This document shows, piece by piece, positions 1 to 8,999 of a DNA stretch of 64,000 bases. This stretch comes from a virus. The position numbers and the translations under genes are program-made. Under the pieces are notes generated by a model. That model was not told where the DNA came from, made no database searches, and saw only the letters and a program-made list of their open reading frames with translations. The stretch spans positions 96,001 to 160,000 of the IMG/VR virus record IMGVR_UViG_3300033485_000001; one strand, given 5' to 3'. Every line of letters begins with the position of its first letter. Within the stretch, counting starts at the first letter, position 1.

Positions 1-74
1 AGCAGTGCCATCGGTGGCATGATGGGTCGTGAGGCCGGCCGGAAGGAGAAGCAGCTCAGGCAGCTGGGGTCGTC

Positions 75-599
75 GTGAGGACCCTCCTCTTCCTGATCGT
101 GCTCTTGGTGCCATCTATGGCACTCGGCCAGGTGATCTGCGGACCGCAGGACTACACCAGTCAGGAACAACCGAACTTCGAGTGCCAGAGCCCCGGCGAA
201 GCAGAGATGGTTCCTGACCTGCACCCGCCAGCGGCGATCCCAGTTCGCCCCGGCACGCCCGTGACGCCGGCGTGGGAGGGGGCCTTGGTTCATCGGGACC
301 GCTTGGTGGAGCTCGGGCTGCGTGTACATGCGCTCCGTCGACTCAGGTGGGCCGACACCCTGCGTCTCGCTGCCGAGTACGCCGTCAACCTCGAGCACGT
401 TCAGGAGCTCGGACAGGTTCAGCTCGAGCACATGACTGCACAGCGGGACGCCTACCGTGAACGATGGCAGGCTGCTGAGGAGCGAGCATCCCGTTCCGAG
501 AGGTGGTGGCACAGCCCTGCCCTCTGGGTTGGGGTTGGCATCGTCGTGGCAGGTTGTCTGGTAGCCCTCACAGCGTATGGGCTGTCTGCGGTGGACTGA
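75..599 (+). CDS. Exported/membrane protein (N-terminal signal peptide, coiled coil, C-terminal TM); possibly lysis/spanin-like
   Basis: Hydrophobic N-terminus MRTLLFLIVLLVPSMALG, C-terminal TM ALWVGVGIVVAGCLVALTAYGL; start overlaps the upstream stop. Confidence 0.55.
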   Translation: MRTLLFLIVLLVPSMALGQVICGPQDYTSQEQPNFECQSPGEAEMVPDLHPPAAIPVRPGTPVTPAWEGALVHRDRLVELGLRVHALRRLRWADTLRLAAEYAVNLEHVQELGQVQLEHMTAQRDAYRERWQAAEERASRSERWWHSPALWVGVGIVVAGCLVALTAYGLSAVD

Positions 600-1228
600 T
601 GATCAACTTCGCTGCATTCGCCGACGAGTTCCAGAAGATTGGGGCGACAATACGTCCTCCAGAGACCTCCAGCCTCCCCAGCTTTCAGCGTCGGATCAAG
701 CCGGGCGACATCCTGTTGACCTCCTTCGACAGGGCCGAGCCGCAGCTCAAGATGGAGCTCACGCTGCCGGAGCGAGTCTTCCGCTCGCTCTCGAGGAAGA
801 TCCAGGGTGAGACGGAGCACTCGGCCATCTACATCGGGAAGGGGCAGGTCATCGAGACGGCCCCCAGGACCGGCGCCGTGGTCAAGCCTCTCACGAACAT
901 GATCGGTGGGCAGGGTGGCATCATAGCCGTTCGGCCAACCGTGGAGGAGGACGAGCGCCGTCGGGCCGTGCAGAGAGCCAGGGAGCTGCTTGGGACCAGG
1001 TACAGCATTCCCAGGCTTGCGCGAGCAGGTCTCGCGAACTACATCCGACTCCGTCCCGAGAGGGTCAGCGACAGGTCCAAGCACGAGTACATCTGCTCCA
1101 CCCTCGTTGGGGACGCCTACCACGATGTCCAGTTCAACGAGCGCAAGCCCTACGACGCGCTCATGCCCGCTGACTTCTTCAGGTCCGACAAGACCGAGAC
1201 CGTGGCGAAGCTGCGTCCAGCAGCATGA
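599..1228 (+). CDS. Permuted papain-like (YiiX/YaeF, NlpC/P60 superfamily) peptidase with N-terminal FxDEFxKI tag
   Basis: PGDILL, HSAIYIG (His) preceding YICSTLV (Cys); start re-called at ATG 599 (TGATG coupling); begins MINFAAFADEFQKIG. Confidence 0.75.
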   Translation: MINFAAFADEFQKIGATIRPPETSSLPSFQRRIKPGDILLTSFDRAEPQLKMELTLPERVFRSLSRKIQGETEHSAIYIGKGQVIETAPRTGAVVKPLTNMIGGQGGIIAVRPTVEEDERRRAVQRARELLGTRYSIPRLARAGLANYIRLRPERVSDRSKHEYICSTLVGDAYHDVQFNERKPYDALMPADFFRSDKTETVAKLRPAA

Positions 1229-1234
1229 TCACAT

Positions 1235-1350
1235 AAAAAAGAGGCTCCAGAGACCTGCTGACGCCAGACGGCGGGGGGAACCGTCTGCGTCAGCATGATC
1301 TCCGGAGCCAAGCCCGAAGGAGAGAAAGGAGTAACCTCCTCCGTCTCACT
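1235..1350 (-). ncRNA. Candidate small RNA (long hairpin with C-rich loop, ends in U-tract)
   Basis: TATAAG at 1359-1354 upstream; imperfect hairpin 1243-1309; T-run 1240-1235 on minus strand; no RBS-linked ORF. Confidence 0.45.
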
Positions 1351-1580
1351 TCTCTTATACCATGATGTGGCTAGTAGTTCACGATCTCCTTAGCTGCTTT
1401 TATGATCACGGCCCTGGCGTGTTCCAACGATGTGACGTTGTCCATGCTCAGGCCGAGCGATGCCGCAAGTTCCTTGATCTCGTTGAGGGACATCCTCCTG
1501 AGATCCTCGTCAGTCAGCTTGATGCAAGGATCCCCGTTCTTGAACCGCCGGGCGGTCCCGCCACCCGACGTCTGACCCCC

Positions 1581-2366
1581 TCAGTCCTCCTTCGGCGTCT
1601 TGCCGAGGGCCTTGTTGGCGATCTCCTCGGCCTTGGCGATCACGTCCCCGAATCCGGGCTTCAGGGGCTGCGCCGCGCCGAGCTTCCAGATCCTCGCGAA
1701 GGCGAACTTCACGATCTCCGCGAAGACGGTGTGCCTCTCGACGAACTTGTCGACCACGTCGCGGAGCTCCACCACCGCCTCGATGGTGGAGACGGTGAGG
1801 TCCAGCAGCTTGTCGACCTTGGCCTCGAGGGCGGAGACGTCCGAGGTGGACTCCTCCGTCCTCTTGGCCTTCCGCTCCGCCTTGCGAGGCGGGTCGGCCT
1901 CGTGGTTCTCGACGCCCTCGTCGTCACCGTGGGGTCCGTCCTCGTCGTCGCCGCTGTCTTCGTCGTTGGCCTTGGACTCCTCCTTGACCTCGTCGTTGTC
2001 GTCGTCGTCGTCGAAGGCGCTCGAGTAGGGGTCGTCATCGTCGTCCTTGCTGACGTTGCCGCCCTTGTCCTCCTTGGGCTTGGAGTCGCGCTTGGCGTTC
2101 CGCTTGGGCTCCTCCTTGGGCTCCTCCTTCTTGGAGGTGGATCCGGTGGGGGCCTTGCCGGCGGACTTCTCGAGTCCGGGGAGGTCGATGGCACCCTCGT
2201 CGTACTTGGTCAAGATGATCTCGACCATCTTGTCTTCGCCCTCGACCTCGGCCTCACGGACCTCCTGCGGCGTGCAGCCGGCCTCGTGCATGACCCGGCG
2301 GAGCCGGTACTTGGCCATCTTCAGGGCCGCCTGCTTGAACGCTTCACGCTCTTCGTTCTTTCCCAT
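1581..2366 (-). CDS. Hypothetical protein with acidic/Lys low-complexity central region
   Basis: 261-aa ORF, strong C/G-ending codon bias, AAGGAG upstream. Confidence 0.75.
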   Translation of the reverse strand: MGKNEEREAFKQAALKMAKYRLRRVMHEAGCTPQEVREAEVEGEDKMVEIILTKYDEGAIDLPGLEKSAGKAPTGSTSKKEEPKEEPKRNAKRDSKPKEDKGGNVSKDDDDDPYSSAFDDDDDNDEVKEESKANDEDSGDDEDGPHGDDEGVENHEADPPRKAERKAKRTEESTSDVSALEAKVDKLLDLTVSTIEAVVELRDVVDKFVERHTVFAEIVKFAFARIWKLGAAQPLKPGFGDVIAKAEEIANKALGKTPKED

Positions 2367-2367
2367 C

Positions 2368-2748
2368 TCAGTCTCCTTCCAGCCTGGCTCTGTTCGCCAT
2401 GTAGCACATCAGCACCTCTGCATCGTGGTGCCGGAAACAGTCTCTGTGGCAGTGTGCAAGTAGCTGATCACGAATCTTGTGCAGGTTCTTCTCGAGGAAG
2501 GTCACGAGCCTTCTCCTCGCGGGGTCCACTGGATGCACAACCTTCTGGACCTCTCCTCGTTCAATGATCATCGCCAGGATCTTCCGTGGCATACCGCGAT
2601 GCGCTCGAGTTCCCATCAGGTTGAGGATCTCCACCATCTCGGTGGCGTTCATCGCTCTGAGGTCATTCGGGTCGATGCTGATTCCCTTCTCGCGGATCTC
2701 CTTGTCCCAGTCGACCTCGCTCCAGTGCCACTTCTTCTTCAGCCCCAT
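2368..2748 (-). CDS. Hypothetical protein
   Basis: 126-aa ORF tiled within the operon. Confidence 0.7.
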   Translation of the reverse strand: MGLKKKWHWSEVDWDKEIREKGISIDPNDLRAMNATEMVEILNLMGTRAHRGMPRKILAMIIERGEVQKVVHPVDPARRRLVTFLEKNLHKIRDQLLAHCHRDCFRHHDAEVLMCYMANRARLEGD

Positions 2749-3275
2749 AGGACCCTCTCAACGGCGGCTTCTACCTCCTCTTCGATCGAGAGGAGTTCGT
2801 CGTCGTCCAGCTCGTAGATCTTGACTTCGACCCTTGGGTCGTCAGAGTCGGCGCGCTTGAACTTGATCACAGGGTGGATGTGGCTGTCGTCCACCCCGAT
2901 TGCTGCCATGATCGAATCCGTAAGTAGCTTGCTTCGGTTCGAGGTGTCTACCTTCTTGTACCGAGATTCAGCCTTACCTGTCGCCCACCCCTTGTTCACG
3001 ATGTCCTCGAAGAACACCTTGGCGAAGAACAGGTAGGGCACGTCCTTCTTGAACTCGACCTGGTTGAGGAGGGCGAGCTCGGCGATGGCGAAGGCTGCCG
3101 AACGCTGGTACGCCTTCGCCTCGTCCGTCATCTTGCGGACGTGCTGCTTGAACCCGCCCTTGCCCTTGATCGTCACGTTGAAGTAGATGTTGTTGTCCGT
3201 CGGTGGAAGGGTGAGGACGACCTCCAGGTACGCCTTCCCGTTTCGAGAACCAAGCCGGTCCATCGGGACGGTCAT
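2739..3275 (-). CDS. rusA: RusA-like Holliday junction resolvase
   Basis: LPPTDNN, DTSNRSKLLTDSI, DDSHI motifs matching the RusA D-x-x-N-x-x-K-x-x-x-D pattern. Confidence 0.7.
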   Translation of the reverse strand: MTVPMDRLGSRNGKAYLEVVLTLPPTDNNIYFNVTIKGKGGFKQHVRKMTDEAKAYQRSAAFAIAELALLNQVEFKKDVPYLFFAKVFFEDIVNKGWATGKAESRYKKVDTSNRSKLLTDSIMAAIGVDDSHIHPVIKFKRADSDDPRVEVKIYELDDDELLSIEEEVEAAVERVLWG

Positions 3276-3901
3276 GAATCGTCTCCGGTGAAGGGAGGTT
3301 CCTTGCCGGGACGGTCGCTCCCGAAGGCGCGGTCCATCTTCCCCTTGATCCTGTTCACGTTGTGATCACGGCGATACTGGTCCCATTCTCGGGTCCTGAA
3401 CTCGACGTCCCTGGACAAGATCTTGTCGCACTTGTCGAGGGTGTCGCACCGGGCTTCGAGGAAGTCGGCGACCCCCTCCCACTCCAGTCGCTTGGCGTTC
3501 AACCGCTTGAACTCCACGTTGGTCCCGGCTTTGGCCTTCCGCTCTTCAGCGGTGCCCTTGGCCTGGCGATATGCGACGTTCCTGACGTGCTTCGCCTCTT
3601 CAGAGTAGGCTTCTGCCGTGACCCGCGCGATGGCCCGCATCTCGATGGCGTAGGAGTAGACCGAGATGATCTCTCCTCGCTTGTCCGTGACCTCCTTGTT
3701 GGAGATCTCGGAGGGACTCTCCGGCATCTCCGGGAGGAGGGATCTTCCCTTCTTCCTCGGCATGGGCGCCGGCTCGAACCCCATCTTCTGGAGACGGGTC
3801 AGCACCTTCTGCCGCACAGTCGAGTAGTCCTTGAGATCCTCGGCGACGCCAAGAACCTCCTCGCTCAGATCGAGCTTCGCTGCTTTTCGTCCTTCTGTCA
3901 T
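3272..3901 (-). CDS. Helical coiled-coil protein, possibly UvsY-like recombination mediator
   Basis: 209 aa, coiled-coil with KGTAEERKAKA; sits in recombination cluster. Confidence 0.45.
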   Translation of the reverse strand: MTEGRKAAKLDLSEEVLGVAEDLKDYSTVRQKVLTRLQKMGFEPAPMPRKKGRSLLPEMPESPSEISNKEVTDKRGEIISVYSYAIEMRAIARVTAEAYSEEAKHVRNVAYRQAKGTAEERKAKAGTNVEFKRLNAKRLEWEGVADFLEARCDTLDKCDKILSRDVEFRTREWDQYRRDHNVNRIKGKMDRAFGSDRPGKEPPFTGDDS

Positions 3902-3902
3902 G

Positions 3903-4736
3903 TCACAGCCTCGGTTCTCGTTTCCTCCGCTTCTCCGATGTGATCGGGGGCTCGCACTTGTCCAGGTACGGACACCCGTAGCAGTGCCTCCCCACGGTCT
4001 TCTGCGGCTCTCGCATCTCGTCTGCGATGGCGATGATACCTCGGAGCCGCTTCCCCAGGGGACTCCACGTCTTGGTATCGAACAGTACGGGGATCGACTT
4101 GAAGACCGAGTTGTCCTTGTTCACGTAGAAGACGAACGTCACAGGGATGTCCCCGGTGACCATGTAGGCGTGCATCTGCTTCTCGTAGTCGGTGCCAACG
4201 CTCTCGCGGAGCGCCGAGAAGCCGCCACTGTTGATCGACTTCCAGTCCACCAGGGCACGCAGCGACAGCCGCACCCCACCAACCTCGAGCTCTCGCTCGA
4301 ACACGCCGTCCGTGTTGCCGCACAGCTGGTAGGCGTCCGCTACCCGGCTCGTCTTCCAGAGCGCCACCTCGTCGTTGTAGACGAAGCCCCTGTCGATCGC
4401 CAGGGTGTGCATGTAGTAGTTCATCATCAGGTGGACGGCGGTACCCATGTCGAAGACCGCCTGCTGCGGCTGCTTCTTCTTGTTCTCCTGCTCACCGACG
4501 AGCTGGAGGAAGAGGTACATGTCGCACGAGTGCTTCAGCGACGAGGGGTGGAACCGGGCTTGATTCCGATCCTTGTTCCAGGTGTAGGTCGAGGTGAACT
4601 GCATCCCCTTGACCGCAACCGTCTTGGCCCACTCCATCATCTCGCCGGCGAAGTCCCACTCTCGGAGGAGCTTTCGGACGTAGGGGCGTCCGAGCTTGTC
4701 CAGATCTTCGATGGTTCGCAGTTCAACCCTTTCCAC
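3903..4736 (-). CDS. Cas4-like PD-(D/E)XK exonuclease
   Basis: FHPSSLKHSC, GNTDG, VDWKS, QMHAY, C-terminal CYGCPYLDKC. Confidence 0.8.
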   Translation of the reverse strand: MERVELRTIEDLDKLGRPYVRKLLREWDFAGEMMEWAKTVAVKGMQFTSTYTWNKDRNQARFHPSSLKHSCDMYLFLQLVGEQENKKKQPQQAVFDMGTAVHLMMNYYMHTLAIDRGFVYNDEVALWKTSRVADAYQLCGNTDGVFERELEVGGVRLSLRALVDWKSINSGGFSALRESVGTDYEKQMHAYMVTGDIPVTFVFYVNKDNSVFKSIPVLFDTKTWSPLGKRLRGIIAIADEMREPQKTVGRHCYGCPYLDKCEPPITSEKRRKREPRL

Positions 4737-5259
4737 AGATCACCTCCACGAAGTCGTCCCACATCATCACGGCCATGTTGATCTTGCTCTTGAGCAGTCC
4801 GATGCGAAGCACAGGCCGCCTTCCGGTTCTGGTTGCCTCGGACAGCGCCTTGGTCATGATCGATGACGACAGCTTGAAGAAGGTGCCACCCGTGAACTTG
4901 TCGTCCACCATCCAGTCATCGTTCCGGGCATCGCCCTTGGAGATCCCCGACCCGGAGGCGGGGGTGGTCCTGCCACCGATGTCCTCGGCGCACTCCTGTT
5001 CCCGTCTCCGAGCGGTCTTGTTGATCGCCCGTCGCGGCCCCTTGGTGTCCATCACGTCGGACAGCTTGAGCTTGATCATGGGGGCCACGTCGCCACAGAG
5101 GCAGCTGATGCACAGCTCTTCGCTGACCACGCGACCAGCAGAGCCCTGCGTCACCGAGACGGCAAGCTCGAAGAGCTCCTTGTCCTTGAGGCACTTCGGG
5201 CAGATGCCGTACCCGTGCTGGCTGTTGAGCGTGGCGGCGGCTACAGTTTGTGGAGGCAT
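4723..5259 (-). CDS. Zn-finger plus PD-(D/E)XK (Hjc-like) resolvase/nuclease
   Basis: CPKC...CISC; GGRTTPASGSG.SKGD...VDDKFT; start re-called at ATG 5259. Confidence 0.6.
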   Translation of the reverse strand: MPPQTVAAATLNSQHGYGICPKCLKDKELFELAVSVTQGSAGRVVSEELCISCLCGDVAPMIKLKLSDVMDTKGPRRAINKTARRREQECAEDIGGRTTPASGSGISKGDARNDDWMVDDKFTGGTFFKLSSSIMTKALSEATRTGRRPVLRIGLLKSKINMAVMMWDDFVEVICGKG

Positions 5260-6494
5260 GACACCCCTGCCGATTCCAGGCACGTGTAGTACATCGTCTG
5301 GAACAGATCGTCGTTGCCGTAGACCTCCTTGATCAGAGCAGAGCCCTTCTCTCCCCAAGGGAGACCGTCGATGACGACCTCCCCGTCTGGCTTCACCAGA
5401 TCCCTGCCCGTGCCCTGGCGTATCAGGAGGCCCATCGTGTCAGCCGTGCTCACGACGTCCTGGTAGACGTCGAAGCCGTGCTTGAAGTAGTAGGCCACCT
5501 CGCCCTTGCCGCCCTCGTGGCAGCCGGCCTTGCCCTTCACCACCTCGTACTTCACCCACTTCCCCTCGAGCGGCTTGCCCGAGTCCGCAGGGATGCGCTG
5601 GCCCTTCATGAGGGTCACGTCCAGGAGCTTGCCGTGCTTGATGGCATGGGGACCTCCGACGGTCCACTCCCGGTCGAAGGCGCTCCTCCGGTTGCGGTTG
5701 GCGCGTACTTGGTTGATCAGGATGAGGCTCGTCATGTTCATGGAGCCCCGAGACGGATTGCCGAAGTGGTGCCAGCACATGCGCTGGAACTCGGACAAGA
5801 GGAAGGCCGACGCAGACTGCTTCGGCTCCTCGTCCATGTCCGTGTCGACTCGGTACTTGCTGACCACCGAGGCGATGGAGTCGAGGACGATCACCTGACA
5901 CCTGTTGTCGGCCACCAGATCCAAGAGGGCCTGGAGCCGGCGTTCGGTGTTCCCCTCGTCGCCGATGAGGAACTCCCCGAGGCTGACTCGCCTCCGTGCA
6001 ATCTGATCATCGGTCAGGGGGTTCATCCCCCTCTTGATGCGCTCCAGGTTCTCGAACTGGATGTCCAGGTCCGACGACGGGACCATCACGCCGTTGATGC
6101 GGGCGTGGACCTTGTCGTAGGGGACCTCGAGCCAGATCCACGCGATGCACGCCTCGTCCCCGTACAGGCGTTGCGTCTGGGCGATGACCATGTTGGACAG
6201 CGCGTTCTTCCCCACGCCGTCCGGTGCGGCGATCTGCGTGATACCGCCGGCTGGGACGCCGCCTCCCGTAACACAGTCGATGGAGGCGATTCCGAAAGGA
6301 CGGCGAAGCAGGAACGGATTGCTGGCCTCGGAGGCCCGCTTCAGGACGGTCTTCTTCGCCTGCTTGTTCACCAGGCTGATCATGTCGTCCAGGCTGGTGC
6401 CGTCCTCGATGTTGAACGTGTTGAGGTTGAACTCGTCCTCGTCCTCGGTCTTCGCCTTGCGGTTCGTCTCCTTCTTGGCCTTCCTACTTGCCAC
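5241..6494 (-). CDS. recA: RecA/UvsX-like recombinase
   Basis: GGITQIAAPDGVGKN (Walker A), VLDSIAS (Walker B), INQVR, GGPHAIKH, KGK; GTG start at 6494 with AGAGGGAG RBS. Confidence 0.9.
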   Translation of the reverse strand: MASRKAKKETNRKAKTEDEDEFNLNTFNIEDGTSLDDMISLVNKQAKKTVLKRASEASNPFLLRRPFGIASIDCVTGGGVPAGGITQIAAPDGVGKNALSNMVIAQTQRLYGDEACIAWIWLEVPYDKVHARINGVMVPSSDLDIQFENLERIKRGMNPLTDDQIARRRVSLGEFLIGDEGNTERRLQALLDLVADNRCQVIVLDSIASVVSKYRVDTDMDEEPKQSASAFLLSEFQRMCWHHFGNPSRGSMNMTSLILINQVRANRNRRSAFDREWTVGGPHAIKHGKLLDVTLMKGQRIPADSGKPLEGKWVKYEVVKGKAGCHEGGKGEVAYYFKHGFDVYQDVVSTADTMGLLIRQGTGRDLVKPDGEVVIDGLPWGEKGSALIKEVYGNDDLFQTMYYTCLESAGVSCLHKL

Positions 6495-6963
6495 CGTCGG
6501 GCTCCCTCTTCTCGAAGGGCTCGCTTCCGTGCTGCGGGCAGACAGGGGGCTTGCCCTGGAGCTCGGCACCGCACTTCGGACATCGGCCCGACACGGAGGC
6601 TTCCTTCACCTTCGGATCCTTCTTCTCCTGCTCGTAGCCGTACTTCTCCATGCTGGTCCTCCTCTTCAACGTGTCGGCCAGGGCCTTCTTCCATGCCCCG
6701 CTGGCCTTGAACATGATCCGGATGTAGGGCTTGGACATCTTCGTCCTCGCCCCCTTCGCGCTGTAGGCCAGATGCGGAGCCCGCATCATGGGGTAGAGCG
6801 TGGCGAACTTCTTGATCCTCACATCCTCGCCCTGCAACGTGGCGGCGATGATGGTGGTGAAGACCTCGTCTACAACACGCCGCACGCCGTTCATACCGAA
6901 CCGGGTCCGGTAGTACTGCGGCAGCGCGTTGTAGACTTCCTGGATCAACTCAGACCTCGTCAT
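6484..6963 (-). CDS. HU/IHF-like DNA-binding protein fused in frame to a C-terminal Zn ribbon
   Basis: MTRSELIQEV..., GEDVRIKKFATL, IMFKASGAWKKAL; then CPKCG...CPQHG; ATG at 6963 coupled to the polA stop. Confidence 0.75.
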   Translation of the reverse strand: MTRSELIQEVYNALPQYYRTRFGMNGVRRVVDEVFTTIIAATLQGEDVRIKKFATLYPMMRAPHLAYSAKGARTKMSKPYIRIMFKASGAWKKALADTLKRRTSMEKYGYEQEKKDPKVKEASVSGRCPKCGAELQGKPPVCPQHGSEPFEKREPDGGK

Positions 6964-8996
6964 CAGCCCTTCGCCGTCACCCAGTTGTCTCCAGATCCGG
7001 GCGCTGCCTTCAGTGGGACCCGGAGTCGGATGCCTGGGTTCTGCATGTGGTACTGAATGATCTTCTTGGCCTCTTCGACGTGCTCCTCTGGGCACTCGAA
7101 GACGATCTCGTCGTGGATCTGAAGGAGCATGTCGCAACCCATCTCTCGGAGGCGGGGGTCCTGCTCGCAGCGAATCATGGCCAGCATGACCACGTCCGCC
7201 GCAGTGCCCTGAATGATCGTGTTGACCGACTGCCTGTCCCCGTCTCGGGAGAGCTTGCACTCGGCGCACCAGCACAGGTCTCGACTCTCCTTGCGGGCCT
7301 CCCACCTGTGGTACTCCTGGTCCTCCCAGTCCATGATGTCCAGCAGCCATCGGCGTCGGCCAAGGTAGGACTCGACGAACTTCGTGTCGGCCACCTTCCG
7401 GTACGTGCCGAAGATGAACTCCTGGGCGCCTGGAATCTTCTCGAAGTACCTATCGATCAGCTCCTGGGCCTTCTCCTTGGCAGCCCACTTGACCTTCTTC
7501 TCGTCCCAGTCGGGATGCTCTTCTGCAATCTGATCCGGGAAGCCTAGCTCCCTCGCCACGCTGTTCGCGGCCTTGCCGTAGTTCATGCCGAACCCAATGA
7601 CCTTGACGAAGTTTCGGAGCTCGCGCAGTCGCTTGGCACGAGGGGAGTGGTCGTCCTTGTCCTTCTTGGCGGCGGCAACGTCGGCGTAGGGTTCGCCCCA
7701 CACCAGCTCCACGTTGGACGTGTGGATGTCCCTGCCCGCCAGGATATTCGCGATCATTCCCTGGTCCTTGGAGAAGTGGGCCAGTAGGAACATCTCGAGC
7801 TGGTCGTAGTCGGAGACGATCAGCTTCTTGCCGGGGCTTGCGATGAACGACGTGCGGATGTCGAAGTCGTCCCTCGGCCGAGGCTGGTTCTGGAGGTTGG
7901 GGTCTCGAGACGACAGCCTCGAAGTGTCGGCGACGTGCTGGGTGAACGTCGTGTGGATGCGGTCCTTCGCATCCTTACGGATCAGCAACCCATCGACGTA
8001 AGTGCCCAGGAGCTTCTTCAGCTCACGGTGCTTCAGGATCAGCCCAGCTTCCTCGATACCCTCGCCGGCGTAGTGACGCAGCACGTGGACGTCGACGGAT
8101 GCCTGGCGCTCGCCGGAGGATCCGCCGCTGGTGAACTTCAACGGCTGCAACCCCAGCTTCTTGAACAGGAGGTCCGCGAGCTGCGGGTTCGAGTTGGGGT
8201 TCACCATCGTCCCGGCGAGCTTGTTCAGCTTCTTCTCGATGAGCTTGATCTCCTCTACGATCTTGGGACGCATGTCCTTGAGGTATGCGACGTCCAGCCG
8301 TGTACCACGGCGCTCCATGTTGTAGAGCACTCGGGTGAACGGAACCTCGCACCACAGGAACACATCGAAGAGCGTGTACCCGTCCCAGGTCCTGGTCGTC
8401 TCGAGCTGTTCCCTCAGCGCATGGAACAGCCGAAGCACCGCCCACGCATCCATGCTGGCGTAGTCGACCACACGATCTGGGTCCGTGTCGTAAACCTCCG
8501 TGAGGATCTCGTACATCTCCTTCTTCGGAGGCTTGCGTGGCTTCCCCTTCTTGTCCTTCGGGTAGAAGGTCTCGGCGAAGGAAGCCATCCTCTCCCCGAA
8601 CTCGCGGGAGTAGGCGGACTTCAGATCGTGTGGTCGACCAGGATCGACAAGCCTGTCCATGGTCAGCGTGCACATCAGGTCGCCGGCCAACGGATACCCG
8701 CTGTTCGCGAGGACGTTGGCGTCGTACTTGATCTGCGAACCAACCCAGGACATCCTTGGGTCGCTGAGCACCGGACGGAAGTCCTCCAGCGTCTTCGACT
8801 CGAGGAAGTAGCGGTCGTCTCCTGTGGAGAGAGACCAGAAGACCACGGTGGCCCGATTGATGTCGAGCCCCGTGGTCTCTGTGTCGATAGCCAGCAGGTC
8901 GAAGTGGGTGAGCTTCTCCTTCAGCAGACTGATCGCTGCCGGAGTGGTGACGCGGATCGGGTCCGGTCTATCCAAGCTCCACCCATATCGACGCAT
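6963..8996 (-). CDS. polA: Family A DNA polymerase with 3'-5' exonuclease, no 5' nuclease domain
   Basis: IDTETTGL (ExoI), PNLQNQP, DYDQLEM (motif A), KVIGFGMNYG (motif B), QIHDEI (motif C). Confidence 0.95.
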   Translation of the reverse strand: MRRYGWSLDRPDPIRVTTPAAISLLKEKLTHFDLLAIDTETTGLDINRATVVFWSLSTGDDRYFLESKTLEDFRPVLSDPRMSWVGSQIKYDANVLANSGYPLAGDLMCTLTMDRLVDPGRPHDLKSAYSREFGERMASFAETFYPKDKKGKPRKPPKKEMYEILTEVYDTDPDRVVDYASMDAWAVLRLFHALREQLETTRTWDGYTLFDVFLWCEVPFTRVLYNMERRGTRLDVAYLKDMRPKIVEEIKLIEKKLNKLAGTMVNPNSNPQLADLLFKKLGLQPLKFTSGGSSGERQASVDVHVLRHYAGEGIEEAGLILKHRELKKLLGTYVDGLLIRKDAKDRIHTTFTQHVADTSRLSSRDPNLQNQPRPRDDFDIRTSFIASPGKKLIVSDYDQLEMFLLAHFSKDQGMIANILAGRDIHTSNVELVWGEPYADVAAAKKDKDDHSPRAKRLRELRNFVKVIGFGMNYGKAANSVARELGFPDQIAEEHPDWDEKKVKWAAKEKAQELIDRYFEKIPGAQEFIFGTYRKVADTKFVESYLGRRRWLLDIMDWEDQEYHRWEARKESRDLCWCAECKLSRDGDRQSVNTIIQGTAADVVMLAMIRCEQDPRLREMGCDMLLQIHDEIVFECPEEHVEEAKKIIQYHMQNPGIRLRVPLKAAPGSGDNWVTAKG

Positions 8997-8999
8997 GAT

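Noticed and set aside
75-599. Unimolecular spanin call
   Set aside because: No convincing lipobox Cys at the signal-peptide end; kept only as a generic membrane protein.
1920-2130. GAC/GAG trinucleotide runs as DNA repeats
   Set aside because: Explained by Asp/Glu/Lys low-complexity coding; the same applies at 42090-42140 and 53800-54300.
1362-2567. Long opposite-strand and shadow ORFs (e.g. 1362-2567+, 7935-10160+, 21860-23800-, 32545-34926-, 50429-51964-, 58717-61317-)
   Set aside because: They are antisense to well-supported genes; such ORFs are expected in high-GC DNA with C/G-ending codons. No RBS or recognisable motifs.
3903-4736. Cas4-like gene as evidence of CRISPR-Cas
   Set aside because: No repeat-spacer array or other cas genes; solo Cas4-like nucleases are common in phage replication modules.
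6963-8996. Inteins or introns in polymerase, helicase, terminase or RNAP
   Set aside because: Motif spacing is continuous; no C/S...HN-C/S/T intein ends or homing-endonuclease motifs seen.
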